Assembly: GCA_000697335.1 (NCBI GenBank)
Contig: JNEM01011801.1
Coordinates: 1 to 53,060 of the forward strand
Length of the DNA stretch: 53,060 nucleotides
Source: Conidiobolus incongruus B7586
Lineage: Eukaryota
Direction of reading: 5' to 3'
Below are positions 1-12,242 of this stretch, piece by piece (the stretch's first letter is position 1; each line of letters begins with the position of its first letter). The notes under the pieces are model-generated. The model saw only the letters and a list, made by a program, of their open reading frames with translations. It searched no databases and was not told the DNA's origin. The translations under genes were made by a program, and so were the position numbers.

Positions 1-145
1 ATATATATATATATATATATAATTCAAATAAATAACTTTTATTAATATGAATATTATCTAAGTTTTTATCAATTTATTAATGAAAACAAAATTATTTATT
101 TTATATTAATGATTATTGAAAAAAATAAAAATAACCTGATAAAAC

Positions 146-394
146 TTAATAATAATCATTATATTCTTTATAACCCAAAGGCCCCCATTGATGTCTGTAA
201 AATCCATCATAATAATCATTTCCATGATCGTAGTTATAGTGGTAATAATCTTTGTAATCGTTAGTATCCAGTAATAATCCAAGTGATAGATCTTCAGCTG
301 CTTCTTCGGCATTGGCTACATCAGTGGCAGGGTTTGGCGCAGGATTAGCATATGCAATGGTAAGGACAAAGATGAGCGATTTGAAAGATACCAT
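146..394 (-). CDS. Small secreted Tyr/Asp-rich peptide precursor (family member 1; no dibasic site, contains YRHQWG)
   Basis: 82-aa intronless ORF. It has the MVSFKSLIF signal peptide shared with the other paralogs, then NPAPNPA and an acidic spacer, then a Y/D-rich tail ending YY-stop. Confidence 0.9.
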   Translation of the reverse strand: MVSFKSLIFVLTIAYANPAPNPATDVANAEEAAEDLSLGLLLDTNDYKDYYHYNYDHGNDYYDGFYRHQWGPLGYKEYNDYY

Positions 395-752
395 TATTTT
401 AAATATTATTAGATTAAAATTTGATTGAATTGCTATAACTTGATCCTTAACCTCAGTAATTTATGTCCTTTTAACTTAGGTTTCTGATATAACATGTTAT
501 ATTAACTCCATTCAATCAGTTCTTAGCAACGGATACAGGATTGGAGAGTATTAACGGAGCTGGGCAAATCACCATATTCATAAGAATTATTAATAAATAA
601 TAATTTAATTTTTATCTTTCCAAATTGAGATTAATATTATTAATAAACAAAATTTTAACAAATTTATTTTTAAAAAAATTTTAATATATATTTATTATTA
701 AAGTAAAAGTTTATTACATTTTAAAATAATATTGGTATGTTTATTAATTATT

Positions 753-755
<3 letters not shown>

Positions 756-811
<56 letters not shown>
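756..811. repeat. Compound microsatellite (TAA)n followed by (AT)n
   Basis: Direct reading of the sequence. Similar (AT)n tracts lie at about 1-20, 6796-6824, 20223-20251, 39627-39651, 48453-48476 and 51814-51836. Confidence 0.9.
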
Positions 812-816
<5 letters not shown>

Positions 817-1309
817 GTATGTTAAAAAATTGAGATAGTTATAATATTCCTTTTTTAATCGAAATATTAAAATTGAAATTATAATTGTAATATAATAAAA
901 AAATATTATTATTTAAGATATTAATATTATTATATTTAGTACTTTATTTTTTTACAATTTAATATTTGAATTGATTCTTAATCCTTTACAAATATTATTA
1001 AATTTTAAGGAGATTTAAACCTGGGGAAATTTTGCATAAATTCAGTTAATCAATCTAGGATACTTGGTAGCTAATATTGATTTGGATACACTGTACATAT
1101 TTTACTATAATTTAAAATTATAAGTATAATATTAATGAACAAGGTAAAATTCAAGTTAGTAAGAGAAAATCTTTACATAAAGGAGTACTGAAAGGTAAAT
1201 CAGTAGGATTTTTCAAAAGAAAATGGATTATATAAAAGAAAATGTTTTGATTGAATAAAATTCATAAAACTAATAAATTATTAATATTATCTAATCTAAT
1301 ATAATTACC

Positions 1310-1606
1310 ATGGTCTCTTTCAAATTCCTTAGTTTAGTCATTGCCTCCATCTTGGCCTCGCCCTTACCTGAAGGAGAAACTGCTCAAGCAGCTGAAAACT
1401 TTGGTGTGAATCCGGGATTTAGCTCAGCACCATTTGCACCCCAACAATTTGGCAATTTCTCACCAGGCTTTGGTCAATTCCCCAACGATTTTGGCAATGG
1501 CTATTATGACGATTACTACGATGAAGATTATGATGACTATTTTGATGGTGATGACTACGATGACTATGGCAATTATGATGATTATGATTATAGCGAATAT
1601 TATTAA
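1310..1606 (+). CDS. Small secreted peptide precursor with FG/P-rich block and acidic Tyr/Asp tail
   Basis: 98 aa: MVSFKFLSL signal, then SPLPEGETAQAAEN pro-region, then FG-rich segment, then DDYYDEDYDDY..., ending YY. TATA-like tatataaaag at ~1229. Confidence 0.9.
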   Translation: MVSFKFLSLVIASILASPLPEGETAQAAENFGVNPGFSSAPFAPQQFGNFSPGFGQFPNDFGNGYYDDYYDEDYDDYFDGDDYDDYGNYDDYDYSEYY

Positions 1607-3246
1607 TAGTTTTCAAAATAAGTCCAGGTTAAAGATAGTAAAATCATGATATATAGTGGTTTAATCATATTAATGGACCTAATAATGAATAATAACTCAA
1701 ATATTTTAAAATTAAAATTTTAATAAACAATATTTTAATATAAACATCAATTTACACTTAATCATTTTGTTATATATATTTCAATAACCCGATTCTTAAG
1801 ATGTTTTTATAAATGATGATCCGCAAATTAATGGACAAAAATTGATTAATTCATACCTTATAACCAAATTCAAAAATCAATTATTAAATTGGAAAATGTA
1901 ATATAATCATTTGTATTGATAATATACCCAATCAAATTATTGGAACCTTTTAAAATATTATAAAAATGAGAAAAAAAAATCATAGATTTTAAATTTTTTT
2001 GGTATTATATAAAAAATATTATATATATTAAAAAGATTTAAACAATTAAATTGATTTTCAAATTTATTCAAATCAAATTTATTATTTGAATGGAATAATT
2101 TGTTAATTTATTTGAAAATTTCAATGATTTCAAGGAACTAGCAATATAAACTTAGTTCACCTTATATAATATTAAATATAATATATTTAATATGAGTATT
2201 AAATCCTAAAAAAGAATTTAATTTTTAATTTCAAATCTAAATTAATAAATTAATATAAATAAATCAAATTCATTTTTGTTTAAATAAATATAACATAAAA
2301 CTCACTAAAATTGTGTAATGAATAAAATTGAATTTTGTGTATTATATTTGAATAATCAAGATATCAATTTAAAAATATTTTAAGCATAATTAGTTTATTG
2401 ATGAAATTAGCTGTTTGACAGGATGATTTACTTTATAAAACTCATTATTTTAACCATTCTAAAATTATTTCAATGTCGAATTTGATGAAAATAATACAGT
2501 ATTGCTTTGGCTTATAACAGGGAATATGTGATTGATATTGGTACAATATATGACTCTAATCACTTCAAGACTTCTATCAATAGTATTGTTTAAGAAAAAT
2601 ATTTTTAAAGTTTGAATATATAAAATTATTTAAGGAAATTTTAAAAGGGGAAAATAGGTGTTAAATTAATATTAAAAATAATATAATATATTATAGTATA
2701 TGGGTACTCAATATATTTAGAATCTGAATTTTAAAAATCTTATTTAGACTTGAAATATATTCTATATTTTGAAATATGAAAATATCCCTTATCTATGTAT
2801 AGTTGAAAGCATTGATTTTGTATTACAAGTTATTAATAATTAAAGTTATAATATAACTTGATTTTAATTGAAAAATTATCTATTATTATTTATTATATTC
2901 TTGCTATCGATTTCAAAACCTTAATAATAGTATAAAATCCGAAATTTTGAATTTTAGGATGAAAAAAAAATTGGAGAGAATAATATTAATATAATATAAT
3001 ATAATATAATATAATATAGAATTAACCAATTAAAAAATTAGCAAATTTTGAAATTCAAAATAAAATTTAGCTAAAAGATTGAAAATATTACAAAGAGATA
3101 GACTCAAAATTGAACGTGATAAAGGCTAGTGTATATATTAATGATATCATAAAGAAAACGCTTAGATAATCTTTCAGACTTTGGAACAGAAAGAGAAAGA
3201 ATGCTTCATACTATATCATTAGTTTGTCAATTTAATTTAACAAAAT

Positions 3247-4105
3247 ATTGTTGCAGTTAAGTCCTTCATATTTATCATTTCTACTATTCTTTATCATTGC
3301 TAGGAAGCAATTATGCTGAAGGTGTCTGTAATTTAGAATATAACTATGAACCTATTAGAAACCTTTGTAGACATCAGTTGCTAAAGAATTATGAATATGA
3401 GTTAATTTACCCTAGTTACTGATATCTCAATGTGCAAGGTTTGGATTATTTCGATGGGAAATGATCTGGTCAATCACTCAAGAAACTGCGATTACCACAA
3501 TAAATCGAGAAGTCACATTGGGAACACTCATTTCCTGAACCCGGTGGTTGTGTTCCTTTCTGTCACTGAGCCATTCCTATCCATAAAAATCAACTATGAA
3601 AGCTAATATAAGATTATCACGAATGAACTAATAAACACCTCTCTTTTATCTTCATTTCAAAACTATCCAGTCTCTAAGTTTTTCTCGTAACCCTCACAAA
3701 AGTGTCGAGTCGTGACGAGCGCGAGATAATTACATTACGCAAAGAAGCCAATTTACAGTAAGCCACTTGCACCTCATTTGGTGAACCCCATCAATTTCCT
3801 GTAACTCTGTGGTAACTTGTCGTTTACCACTGGCGATTCCCCGTTTGAGCTCCAAAAGTCGGTTCCCTCCCACAATTACCGTCGTCTATTACAATGATTA
3901 ACAAAATAAATATTACAATTAATACTTTGATAACTACGACTAAGGTCATCACAAAGACTATTGTGATGGCCACCACAATGATTACTACAACGATCAACAC
4001 AATGACTGCTATGATGACAGCCTCAATGGCCGCTACAATGATTTTAACAATGACTATCATAATTACTATGAAAATGCCTATGAGCATTAAAATGATGGTT
4101 ACTAA
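3247..4105 (+). pseudogene. Disrupted paralog of the 4983/25850 Tyr/His/Asp-rich peptide genes
   Basis: ATT GTT GCA GTT AAG TCC TTC ATA TTT ATC ATT (start ATG->ATT). The segment YAEGVCNLEYN..RNLCRHQLLKNY aligns with YAEGDYNMGYN..KNLYRHQLLRHY of 4983. It has stops, a frameshift and a ~440-bp insertion. Its end TAT GAG CAT TAA AAT GAT GGT TAC TAA matches the 4983 end YEHYNDSY*. Confidence 0.85.
3431..3874. mobile_element. GC-richer insertion, probable solo LTR, inside the pseudogene
   Basis: Abrupt composition shift interrupting the paralog. Termini TGTGCAAGG...CCTCCCACA form an imperfect inverted repeat with TG..CA ends. There is no clean TSD; only a CAAT direct repeat overlaps the ends. Confidence 0.6.
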
Positions 4106-4682
4106 TTAGGTATTGCCTTATCTTTTAAATTGTTATTACATTCTTTTCAAAATTTACCACATTAAATTTTATTTTTAAAAAATTTAATTCATAAATAGTA
4201 TTAAATAAATAATTATAATCACTATTTATACTAGTATTCAAAATAAGATATTCAATTTTTAATATATAAATTCAATTTATTGGTGTATTTTGTTATTATA
4301 CAAATTATTAATATTATAGTTGAAATGTGATTTATATTAATAGTTTAAAAATAGTAAGTTTACAATACTATAAAGTTAATTTAACTTGAAATTTAAATAT
4401 AAATTGATAGATTTATTTATAATTCATGTATTGAAATTAATATAAAACTGATTCAAAAATGAAATTATTTATTAATAGTTGATATAATAAATTTAAATTA
4501 TTCAATATTAATCATTGTGAAATAATAAAAAATCTATTACAAATGATAAATAATAATATTTGAAAGAGTATTTTTCAATATTGAGAGCTTAACAGTGAAA
4601 CAACCAAAAAATCAATTTATTTTACCTTATAATTATTGCATGTAATTTAGGAGTAACAAATTCAAAAATCAAAGTATAACCT

Positions 4683-4711
4683 AACTATCAGGAGACAAAA
4701 ATTTGGAGAAA
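4683..4711 (+). promoter_or_regulatory. Conserved upstream element AACTATCAGGAG-N8-9-TTGGAGAAA
   Basis: The identical 12-mer plus TTGGAGAAA lies ~285-300 nt upstream of the ATGs of 4983, 6236 and 26356(-), while surrounding DNA has diverged. Confidence 0.7.
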
Positions 4712-4982
4712 ATATACAAAATTTATGCGAATCAATTGGAGTATTAACTGATTGAAATTTAGCTAATTTAAAATTTGGAAAATTACTTTTCAAATTAGCA
4801 ATTTATCAAATTGTCAACCCCAATTTTTAATTTAAAATTAATACCCTGAATAAATTGGATATTATAAAAAGAAATATAATGATTGGAAGAGTGTTGAGTA
4901 TAAAAGGATGAAGATTGATTAATTTTATAACATCAATTAATTAAATATTCAGTGTAATTTAATCTAATCTAGTCTATTTAAA

Positions 4983-5369
4983 ATGGTTGCTTTTAACTCA
5001 CTCATCTTTATCATTACTACTATTTTGGCCTCTCCATTACCTGAAGCAAACTATGCTGAAGGTGATTACAACATGGGATATAACCACAGGCTTAGTAAAA
5101 ATCTCTATAGGCATCAGTTGCTAAGGCATTATAACTATGATTTAGCTTATCCTCGTCACAGACTTCATAATGGACATTATGGCGATAATTACAACGACTC
5201 ATATAATGACTATGGCAATGTCTACCATAATGGACACTATGATGACTACTACAACGATTATGATAATGACTACTATGACGATTACAGAAATGGTGGCTAC
5301 AATCATCATGCCAATGGTTATTATGATAGTTATGACAACACCTATGAGCATTATAATGATAGTTACTGA
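4983..5369 (+). CDS. Small secreted Tyr/Asn/Asp/His-rich protein
   Basis: 128 aa: MVAFNSLIF signal, SPLPEANYAEGDYN pro-like region, basic LYRHQLLRH segment, Y/N/D/H tail ending in Y. TATA gtataaaagg at ~4898. Confidence 0.9.
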   Translation: MVAFNSLIFIITTILASPLPEANYAEGDYNMGYNHRLSKNLYRHQLLRHYNYDLAYPRHRLHNGHYGDNYNDSYNDYGNVYHNGHYDDYYNDYDNDYYDDYRNGGYNHHANGYYDSYDNTYEHYNDSY

Positions 5370-5940
5370 TTTCTCATTATAGAATAATTTTTCAAGTTTA
5401 TGTCATATTATATATATTAATCAAAATTTATTTTGGATATATTTAATTATATCCAATAAAACAAGTGTTTTCCTTTTAAAAATATAATAATATTTTAATA
5501 AAATATTATTTTTATATAAAATTTATTAGTAATTAAAATTTTATGATTTATAATTTTTATTATTTTAAAATTAAATAATTGTTCCATTAATAAACAGAAT
5601 TTGAATTAAAATATTTTATATTTGGTAAAAATATCAACTCTCTATTCTTAAATTGGTCGTATAAAATGAATATAATTTATAATAAAGCACCTACAAGATT
5701 ATATTAATTATCAAATCAATTCGAATATTGTATATGGTAATATTCTAAGAATAACATAACATTTTTCATTTAACAAATAGTTTTTATGGTTAAAGAATTT
5801 GAGTTAATGAAATAATTTTTATTATGGAACAAGTATTCCAAATAATCACTATCAGAAATACTTAATCATGTAATATATTGGATAATAGGATCATTAATTC
5901 TTTACGCAATGATATCTTACTATCGATCCCAATTACAATC

Positions 5941-5970
5941 AACTATCAGGAGAATACGGAGTTGGAGAAA
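5941..5970 (+). promoter_or_regulatory. Conserved upstream element AACTATCAGGAG...TTGGAGAAA
   Basis: Second copy of the motif at 4683, 295 nt upstream of the 6236 ATG. Confidence 0.7.
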
Positions 5971-6235
5971 TTATGGTTGATTATGGTGCATCAAATTGGA
6001 GCTTAAAACTTTCAAATTTAAATATTTGTCAACCAAATATAGATTTGAAATTTTTTTTTGAAAATCAAAAGGTAGCCTCCAACTTTGAATTTCAATGATA
6101 AACTAAGTAACTTGGAGTTTTACAATCCTATTTTTATTGGTATCAAAACTTACTTAATATATAAATACTAATATAGAATTATTCAATATCATCAAATATT
6201 CATTCTTTAAATTAACCTAGTCTATTATAATCAAT

Positions 6236-6595
6236 ATGGTCGCTATTAAATCTTTTATCTTAATCATCACTGCTGTGTTCGCTGTCCCCGTGCCTGAAGG
6301 AGATGTTGCAGAAGGAAATTATAACCTTGGTTACAATAGTGGACACATTAAAGGTCATCACGGTCACGTAGCTGGATTTCCACATATAAATGGCAATCAT
6401 GGACACCATGGAGATTACTTTAATGATTCTTATAATGACTATTATAACGGACACTATGATGGACACTATAATGACTACCATGATCAATACCATGATGACC
6501 ACCACAGTGACTACTACAATGAACACTATGACCACCATGATAACTACTACGATGACCATCACCATGGTCACAACTATTCCAACGATATTTACTAA
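6236..6595 (+). CDS. Small secreted His/Tyr/Asp-rich protein
   Basis: 119 aa: MVAIKSFIL signal, VPVPEGDVAEGNYNLGYN, GHHGH motifs, H/Y/D/N tail ending in Y. TATA tatataaata at ~6158. Confidence 0.9.
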   Translation: MVAIKSFILIITAVFAVPVPEGDVAEGNYNLGYNSGHIKGHHGHVAGFPHINGNHGHHGDYFNDSYNDYYNGHYDGHYNDYHDQYHDDHHSDYYNEHYDHHDNYYDDHHHGHNYSNDIY

Positions 6596-6792
6596 ATCTA
6601 TATGGTATATTACCATTTCAATCGTAAAGTTAAACCATATATATATATATCGATAAGAATTTGCTTTGAATTAGGCAGTAATATTAACTTCAACATTTAT
6701 CAAACTGATAAATCTTATTTTTAATAAATTAATGCTAATTGAAAATTATAATCTATTAATACTATGAATATAGAAAATAATGACAAAATGTG

Positions 6793-6828
<36 letters not shown>

Positions 6829-6934
6829 TACTTTAAATAATTTTAATATTATTCATGAATCTAAAAAAGCATTATCTTACAAACGAACTGTATCAAATCC
6901 TTTGCCCATTTTAAATTTTATTTTACAATGTTAT

Positions 6935-7264
6935 TGTCACGAGTCAGGTGACTCCCTTTTACCTAAGTAACCTTACATCAACCTAATGATAAAGTCATTT
7001 TCCCCTCACATACCATCTACTACTGCTCTATCTTTTAATTGGCCGATAGTGCAAGTCACCGGAGAATCTCATGAATCACCTTGCCCAACTCACACTATAT
7101 AAAACCCGGAATTAGAGCTATCCTCAGCAGGAAGAGTTCGATCTGGATCCTCCTAGCTATTTGACTTAAACCAATAAACCCCTATCTCCCTACCACTTAC
7201 CTGGAATTCCTCAGATCTCTCTCTTTTACTTGTACTACTCTGGACACAGCTTTCTCAAGACGTG
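6935..7264 (+). mobile_element. Solo-LTR-like element
   Basis: ~330-bp GC-richer block starting TGTCACG and ending ...CGTG (inverted-repeat partner lacking terminal ACA), flanked by TTAT/TTAT. Internal TATA (cactatataaaa) and AATAAA. It shares motif order with the 43422 element. Confidence 0.7.
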
Positions 7265-8045
7265 TTATTGTATTTTAATATATAGTATAAAATAATATAA
7301 GTTAATAAATTAATATCCAAAATTAAACTAAAGATTATTTAATATAAAATATCTTTGATGAATTTTGATATATTTAATAGAATTAGAAAATTATTTAATA
7401 AATTATAACTTATTAATAAGAATTAATCTTTTCACAATTATCTTTAAGTACCTATGACTATATAATCATATTAAATTGTGCTTTAGGTATTGATTTATTG
7501 GTGTTTAATAATTGGAATGAAAGAAAATTTATTTGATAAATTAAAAACTACAGAATCAAAAAAATTGACTAAAACAATAATAAATTATGATATAGCATGA
7601 AAAATGTGGTATTTTATTCAATCAAATATATAATTTGATTTTTGGATAGATTATTATTATTGGATTTTTATGACGTTTGAGATATATTTGCTATATTTTA
7701 AATTAATATTATTATTGTTATTATTGTTATTATTTATATTTAACCAATTACTCAATATTCAAAATTCCACAATCTGATAATTAAGTAGGATTTGAAGTTG
7801 GAGGGATTTGAGTGATCAATTTGGAGTATAAAGAATTTAAAATTTTGAATTACAATAATAAAACGGTAACCTCCACCTTTTAATAGGAGAGTGATAATCT
7901 AATAGAATTGGAGGAATTGCAATATTTCGGATTTTAAAATATGGATTTATTCATATATAAACCTGAAAATAAATACTACAGTTATTATCAATTATCTAAT
8001 CAATATAATCTAATTCACTTTTGAATTTAATCTAATACAATCATT

Positions 8046-8315
8046 ATGGTCGCTTTCAAATCCCTTATCTTCATCATTGCCACAGTTTTCACTTCACCAG
8101 TGCCTGAAGGTGAAGCTGCTGAAGGAACTGACAATCTTGGGTATAACAATTTCTTTGGTCCCCAGCCCTTCACTAACTTTGGCTACGGCGCCGGATTCCC
8201 CTATAATGATTATCATAATGGATTCTTTGGAGGATACAACAACGGCTATTATGACGACCATCACGACGATTACTACGATGATGGCCACTATGACGACTAT
8301 AATGAATACTATTAA
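8046..8315 (+). CDS. Small secreted peptide precursor with FG-rich block and Tyr/Asp tail
   Basis: 89 aa: MVAFKSLIF signal, SPVPEGEAAEGTDNLGYN, FFG motifs, GYYDDHHDDYYDD..EYY end. Similar architecture to 1310. Confidence 0.9.
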   Translation: MVAFKSLIFIIATVFTSPVPEGEAAEGTDNLGYNNFFGPQPFTNFGYGAGFPYNDYHNGFFGGYNNGYYDDHHDDYYDDGHYDDYNEYY

Positions 8316-10105
8316 TTCAAACTTATATAATCATCAGTATGGTATAATTATTCCAATCAAAGTTTAATAAGTTTTTAATAATAACTAATATATTTTTTAA
8401 ATAATAAATCAAAATTCTAATCATTTTACAATATTTATTGATTGGAGAATCTTGATATATTATGAATGATCTTGAATTCATATTTAATAACTGTAATTAA
8501 GACATTTATCAACTAATATTATGTTAATATTCTTAAAAATTGACTTTATAACTATTAATTTAAAAAATTTTAATTATAATATAGAATATTCTTCAAACTT
8601 TTAAAAAAAATCATATTTTTATCACTATGTTATATTTCAAATAATTCACTAATCATAAATAAATAATATAAATCAATTCAAGTAGTTAACATTTATATTA
8701 CATCATTGTTTACAATCCAAACTTTCCGAATAACTTATTATTGTTATAATGCAAAATAAAGTTTTGTAATCGATATTTGAGATTGAATCAAAGAATATAA
8801 TTTGGTATTATAAATATATTATTAAATCAATTCATATCTCCTATATTTGAATAATTTCATAATCAAAATAATCAACGTATAGTATTTAATTCTAGAAATA
8901 TATTTAATTCTTTATAAGAAAGTAATCTGTTCTATTCCAAATTTTCTCATTAAAATCCCTTTAAATTTAACTTTTTGTGGTAATTTTTTAGTGGCAACTG
9001 AAAATTCTCCTGAAATTAAAATGTATTGAATTGTTTAGTCTAATAGTTTTAATCAGAATTTATTATTTGTAAAATAAAAAATTTTAATTCAATTCCGAGT
9101 TTGTGGTTATTATATTTGATTATTAACTAATATTTTTAAAATATAATAATTTTAAAATATTAATATTATCCTCAATTAAGAATAATTAAATAAAAATTCC
9201 AAAAGATATACAATTATTATTCATTATCCGCAGTATAAACAAAAAACCCAACAAATTTAAATTTTCCACTTTTAATTGATATTCCAACTGCTCTATAATT
9301 AAATTTTTCAATCCTGCGCTCTAATACTTTCACTTCGCCAAAATTTGCGAATCGGGAGAAAATTCATAGGGAGGAGGAAAATGTGCATTATTTTATTAAA
9401 TGAAATAGATTATAATCAAAATTTTCTAAATAAATGCTAGTAATTATAGTTAATCTTTAAAGTTTATTGATTAATTCAACATTATTATATAAAAATAAGT
9501 CCAGTCTATAAATTATTATTGTATATTGTTAATATAAGTTATCAACTATTAAAAATCAATGAATTTTGTTAACATCATTCTTACAACTGATTTATAGCAT
9601 TAATAAAAATAGATTTAGTAATTAAGTATAGAACAAATTCATCAATCACAACGTAAAATGATTGATCACTATTCATTCAGAATAGTGTAACTTTTGGGGC
9701 AAAGTATTCCAGTTAAGTGTTTGCTATATTTCAAAGCTCTCTGTAATTTTCTATTAAACAAAATTTAATATGCGTCAAGATTATTATTCCCAGTGAAATA
9801 GCAAGTATGTGCAGTTGATTAGAAATGAGTGTGGAAATTAATACAAGATGCTGAGGGAAGTTCTACTTTCACTAAACTTTTAATTTTTCCAGCACTTTAG
9901 TCTATGAGTTTATTTTTTTTTGTTGAGCAAATATTATCAATTACTATGTTTGGTCAAACAAATTCAATCTAGATGCAGTATAATAATATTTATATTGCTA
10001 TATATGGTAGTATTCCGGTATCCACCCAATTATATTGCGAATTTTTATTGACAATTGAAATAATATTTACGATTTATTAAATTGTTGTGTTTTATATTAA
10101 GTTCT

Positions 10106-10364
10106 GTAAATAAAGACGGTTGTTAGAAAAGTACTCTAAATACGATTTAGTTAATTGATCATTAATCCTGAGTGTCTTAAAAATCACTGTTGAGACATTA
10201 TAGCAGAATATCCAGAAAAAACCTCTCTATCTTTATTACTTTTGGGTTTAAATAGTTGATTCAGTGAATGGTATCCTATAATTATGGACTGACAAAGTCT
10301 GCTTAAATTAGTGATAATATTAGTTTAACTATCAAACCAAGATGGATGGTTAATTTTGAAATAC
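10106..10364 (+). repeat. Dispersed ~260-bp repeat, copy 1 (probable non-autonomous element)
   Basis: Aligns by eye with 23213-23541 (same strand, more diverged) and 50210-50464 (reverse complement, highly similar), e.g. ttgttagaaaagta, gcagaatat(c/t)cagaaaaaa, ggtttaaat. Confidence 0.85.
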
Positions 10365-11185
10365 TACAATATCAATATTCAAATCACTTTTAAAATATCC
10401 AAAATCAACAAATAGTTGTATAAATAATTTTGAAATATCATTAAAAAATATCACGAATAACTGTATAAATTTCAATATTTGAAAAATAATGTTATCGCAT
10501 ATAAATGAATAGTGAAAAACTTGATTATAAAAAATTGACTCACATTAGAAATTCATTAAAATTGTTAAATATTTTTAGTTTTCTAAATAAGAATCTATAG
10601 TTATTTAATAAAAAAGTCTTTGGTAACATTTTGATTTATTATTAAATTTGATATTGCCACAAACCCTTTCAACTTAAATTTGTGTAATGATTTTAATTAA
10701 TCTACTGGGATTAAAACCTCAGATGTAGGTATGTCATAATAATATTTATCAAATATTTTATTGGTATCTAACTTGACAAATTTTCATAATAATTATAAAC
10801 ATCAGTATATTTTTACTTTAAATTATAAATATCACACTTTTAAAAAAACGTGCCATTTGAAAAATTTCACACTTAATAATCAAATTAATCAAATAATTGA
10901 AAATTTTCAAAATTTTTATTAATCACATTAATGGAACTTCTATTAGAATTGACTAGAGTTTTAAAACAAATCAAATATCTTCAACATAAATACCGATACA
11001 CTATAAAATAATCAACATAACTTGAGAAGAACTACATTAACAATTCAATGTTTGCATTTTTCATTCACAATTAAGTGGAATTAATGCAGAACCAATTTTA
11101 AAAGTAAGTTAAAATTTCTGACATTAGTATTAATTCAGTTCAGAATAAAATTTATCATCTGTATATTAAAATATAACTTATCACA

Positions 11186-12242
11186 ATGCTACCACCAAAA
11201 CTTATTAATAATCTTCTAAAAATATTATGTTATTTCATTCTGATAAAACATACAAACCATCAGAATCATTCAAAATGATTAATCAAGTATATGGAGAAGA
11301 TGCTATTATTCCCAGATGTTGGCAAAAATGTTTTATGTGTCTTTGAAATAGTGATCATTATACTAAAGATAAACCACACACAGGTAGAAATATATAAGTA
11401 TTTGATAAAAAAATTAGATATTATAGAGACTCATACTAATTATTCTTGAGAAGAATTTTCAAATAAATCAAATATAAGCTTTGATCAAATATCAAAATAA
11501 TAAAAAAAATAATAAAGTTTAGAAAGTATCAAATTATGTGCCTTATGAATTAATAATATTTAACAAGTCAGGTGCATTGGTATATACTTTTTATTTACAA
11601 AATTTACAAAAAACACCAATTATTTATAAAATTTTATTTCTATTAACCAAACATAGATTATGTTTGATAATACAATCTATAAAAACTATTAGGTAACTAA
11701 AAGAACAAAAGTCAAAAGTCAAGCAAATCTAAATATATATGAAAATTATAATGCTTACTATATATTGGAATTTGAAAGGTATTATATATTATGAATTTAA
11801 AAAATAAATAAAAGATAAATGGAGAATATTATGCTAAAGAAATCTAAAGATTATATAAAGTATTGAAAAACAAAAATCAGAATATTTTTTGAGAAAAGAC
11901 TAAAATATACACAAACACTGATGCTAATATATTATTATCATGATAATACAAAACTACATACACCAGATGAAACCTTACATATTTTGGATTATAATTGATT
12001 TGAACTATTACCACATCTAGCATACTCCCCTAATCTTGCACTTAGTGATTTCTAATTTATAGGCATTTTAACAGGTTTTTTTTAAAATAAAGTTTGTTTT
12101 CAAAAACTTGAACAAATAGAAGATAAATTCTTGAAATTTATTAAAAAAGTAGAAAAAGACTTATAAAAAGGGGATATATGATCAAATTAAAAAATTGGAG
12201 CAAGTTTAAAAGTGTGAAAGCTATTATATATTTAAAGATTAA
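11186..12242 (+). mobile_element. Degenerate mariner (Tc1/mariner) transposase relic
   Basis: Translates, with stops and frameshifts, to INQVYGEDAI..DKPHTGR (HTH/GRP region), VPYEL (WVPHEL), HDNTKLH (HDNARPH) and ELLPHLAYSPNLALSDF (HPPYSPDLAPSDY). TIRs not confidently identified. Confidence 0.9.

Noticed and set aside
9600..10030. Higher-complexity intergenic patch (similar ones near 2400-2600, 32870-33110, 37480-37900 and 39900-40200)
   Set aside because: Possibly old gene or TE remnants, but I could find no supportable ORF, motif or repeat partner.
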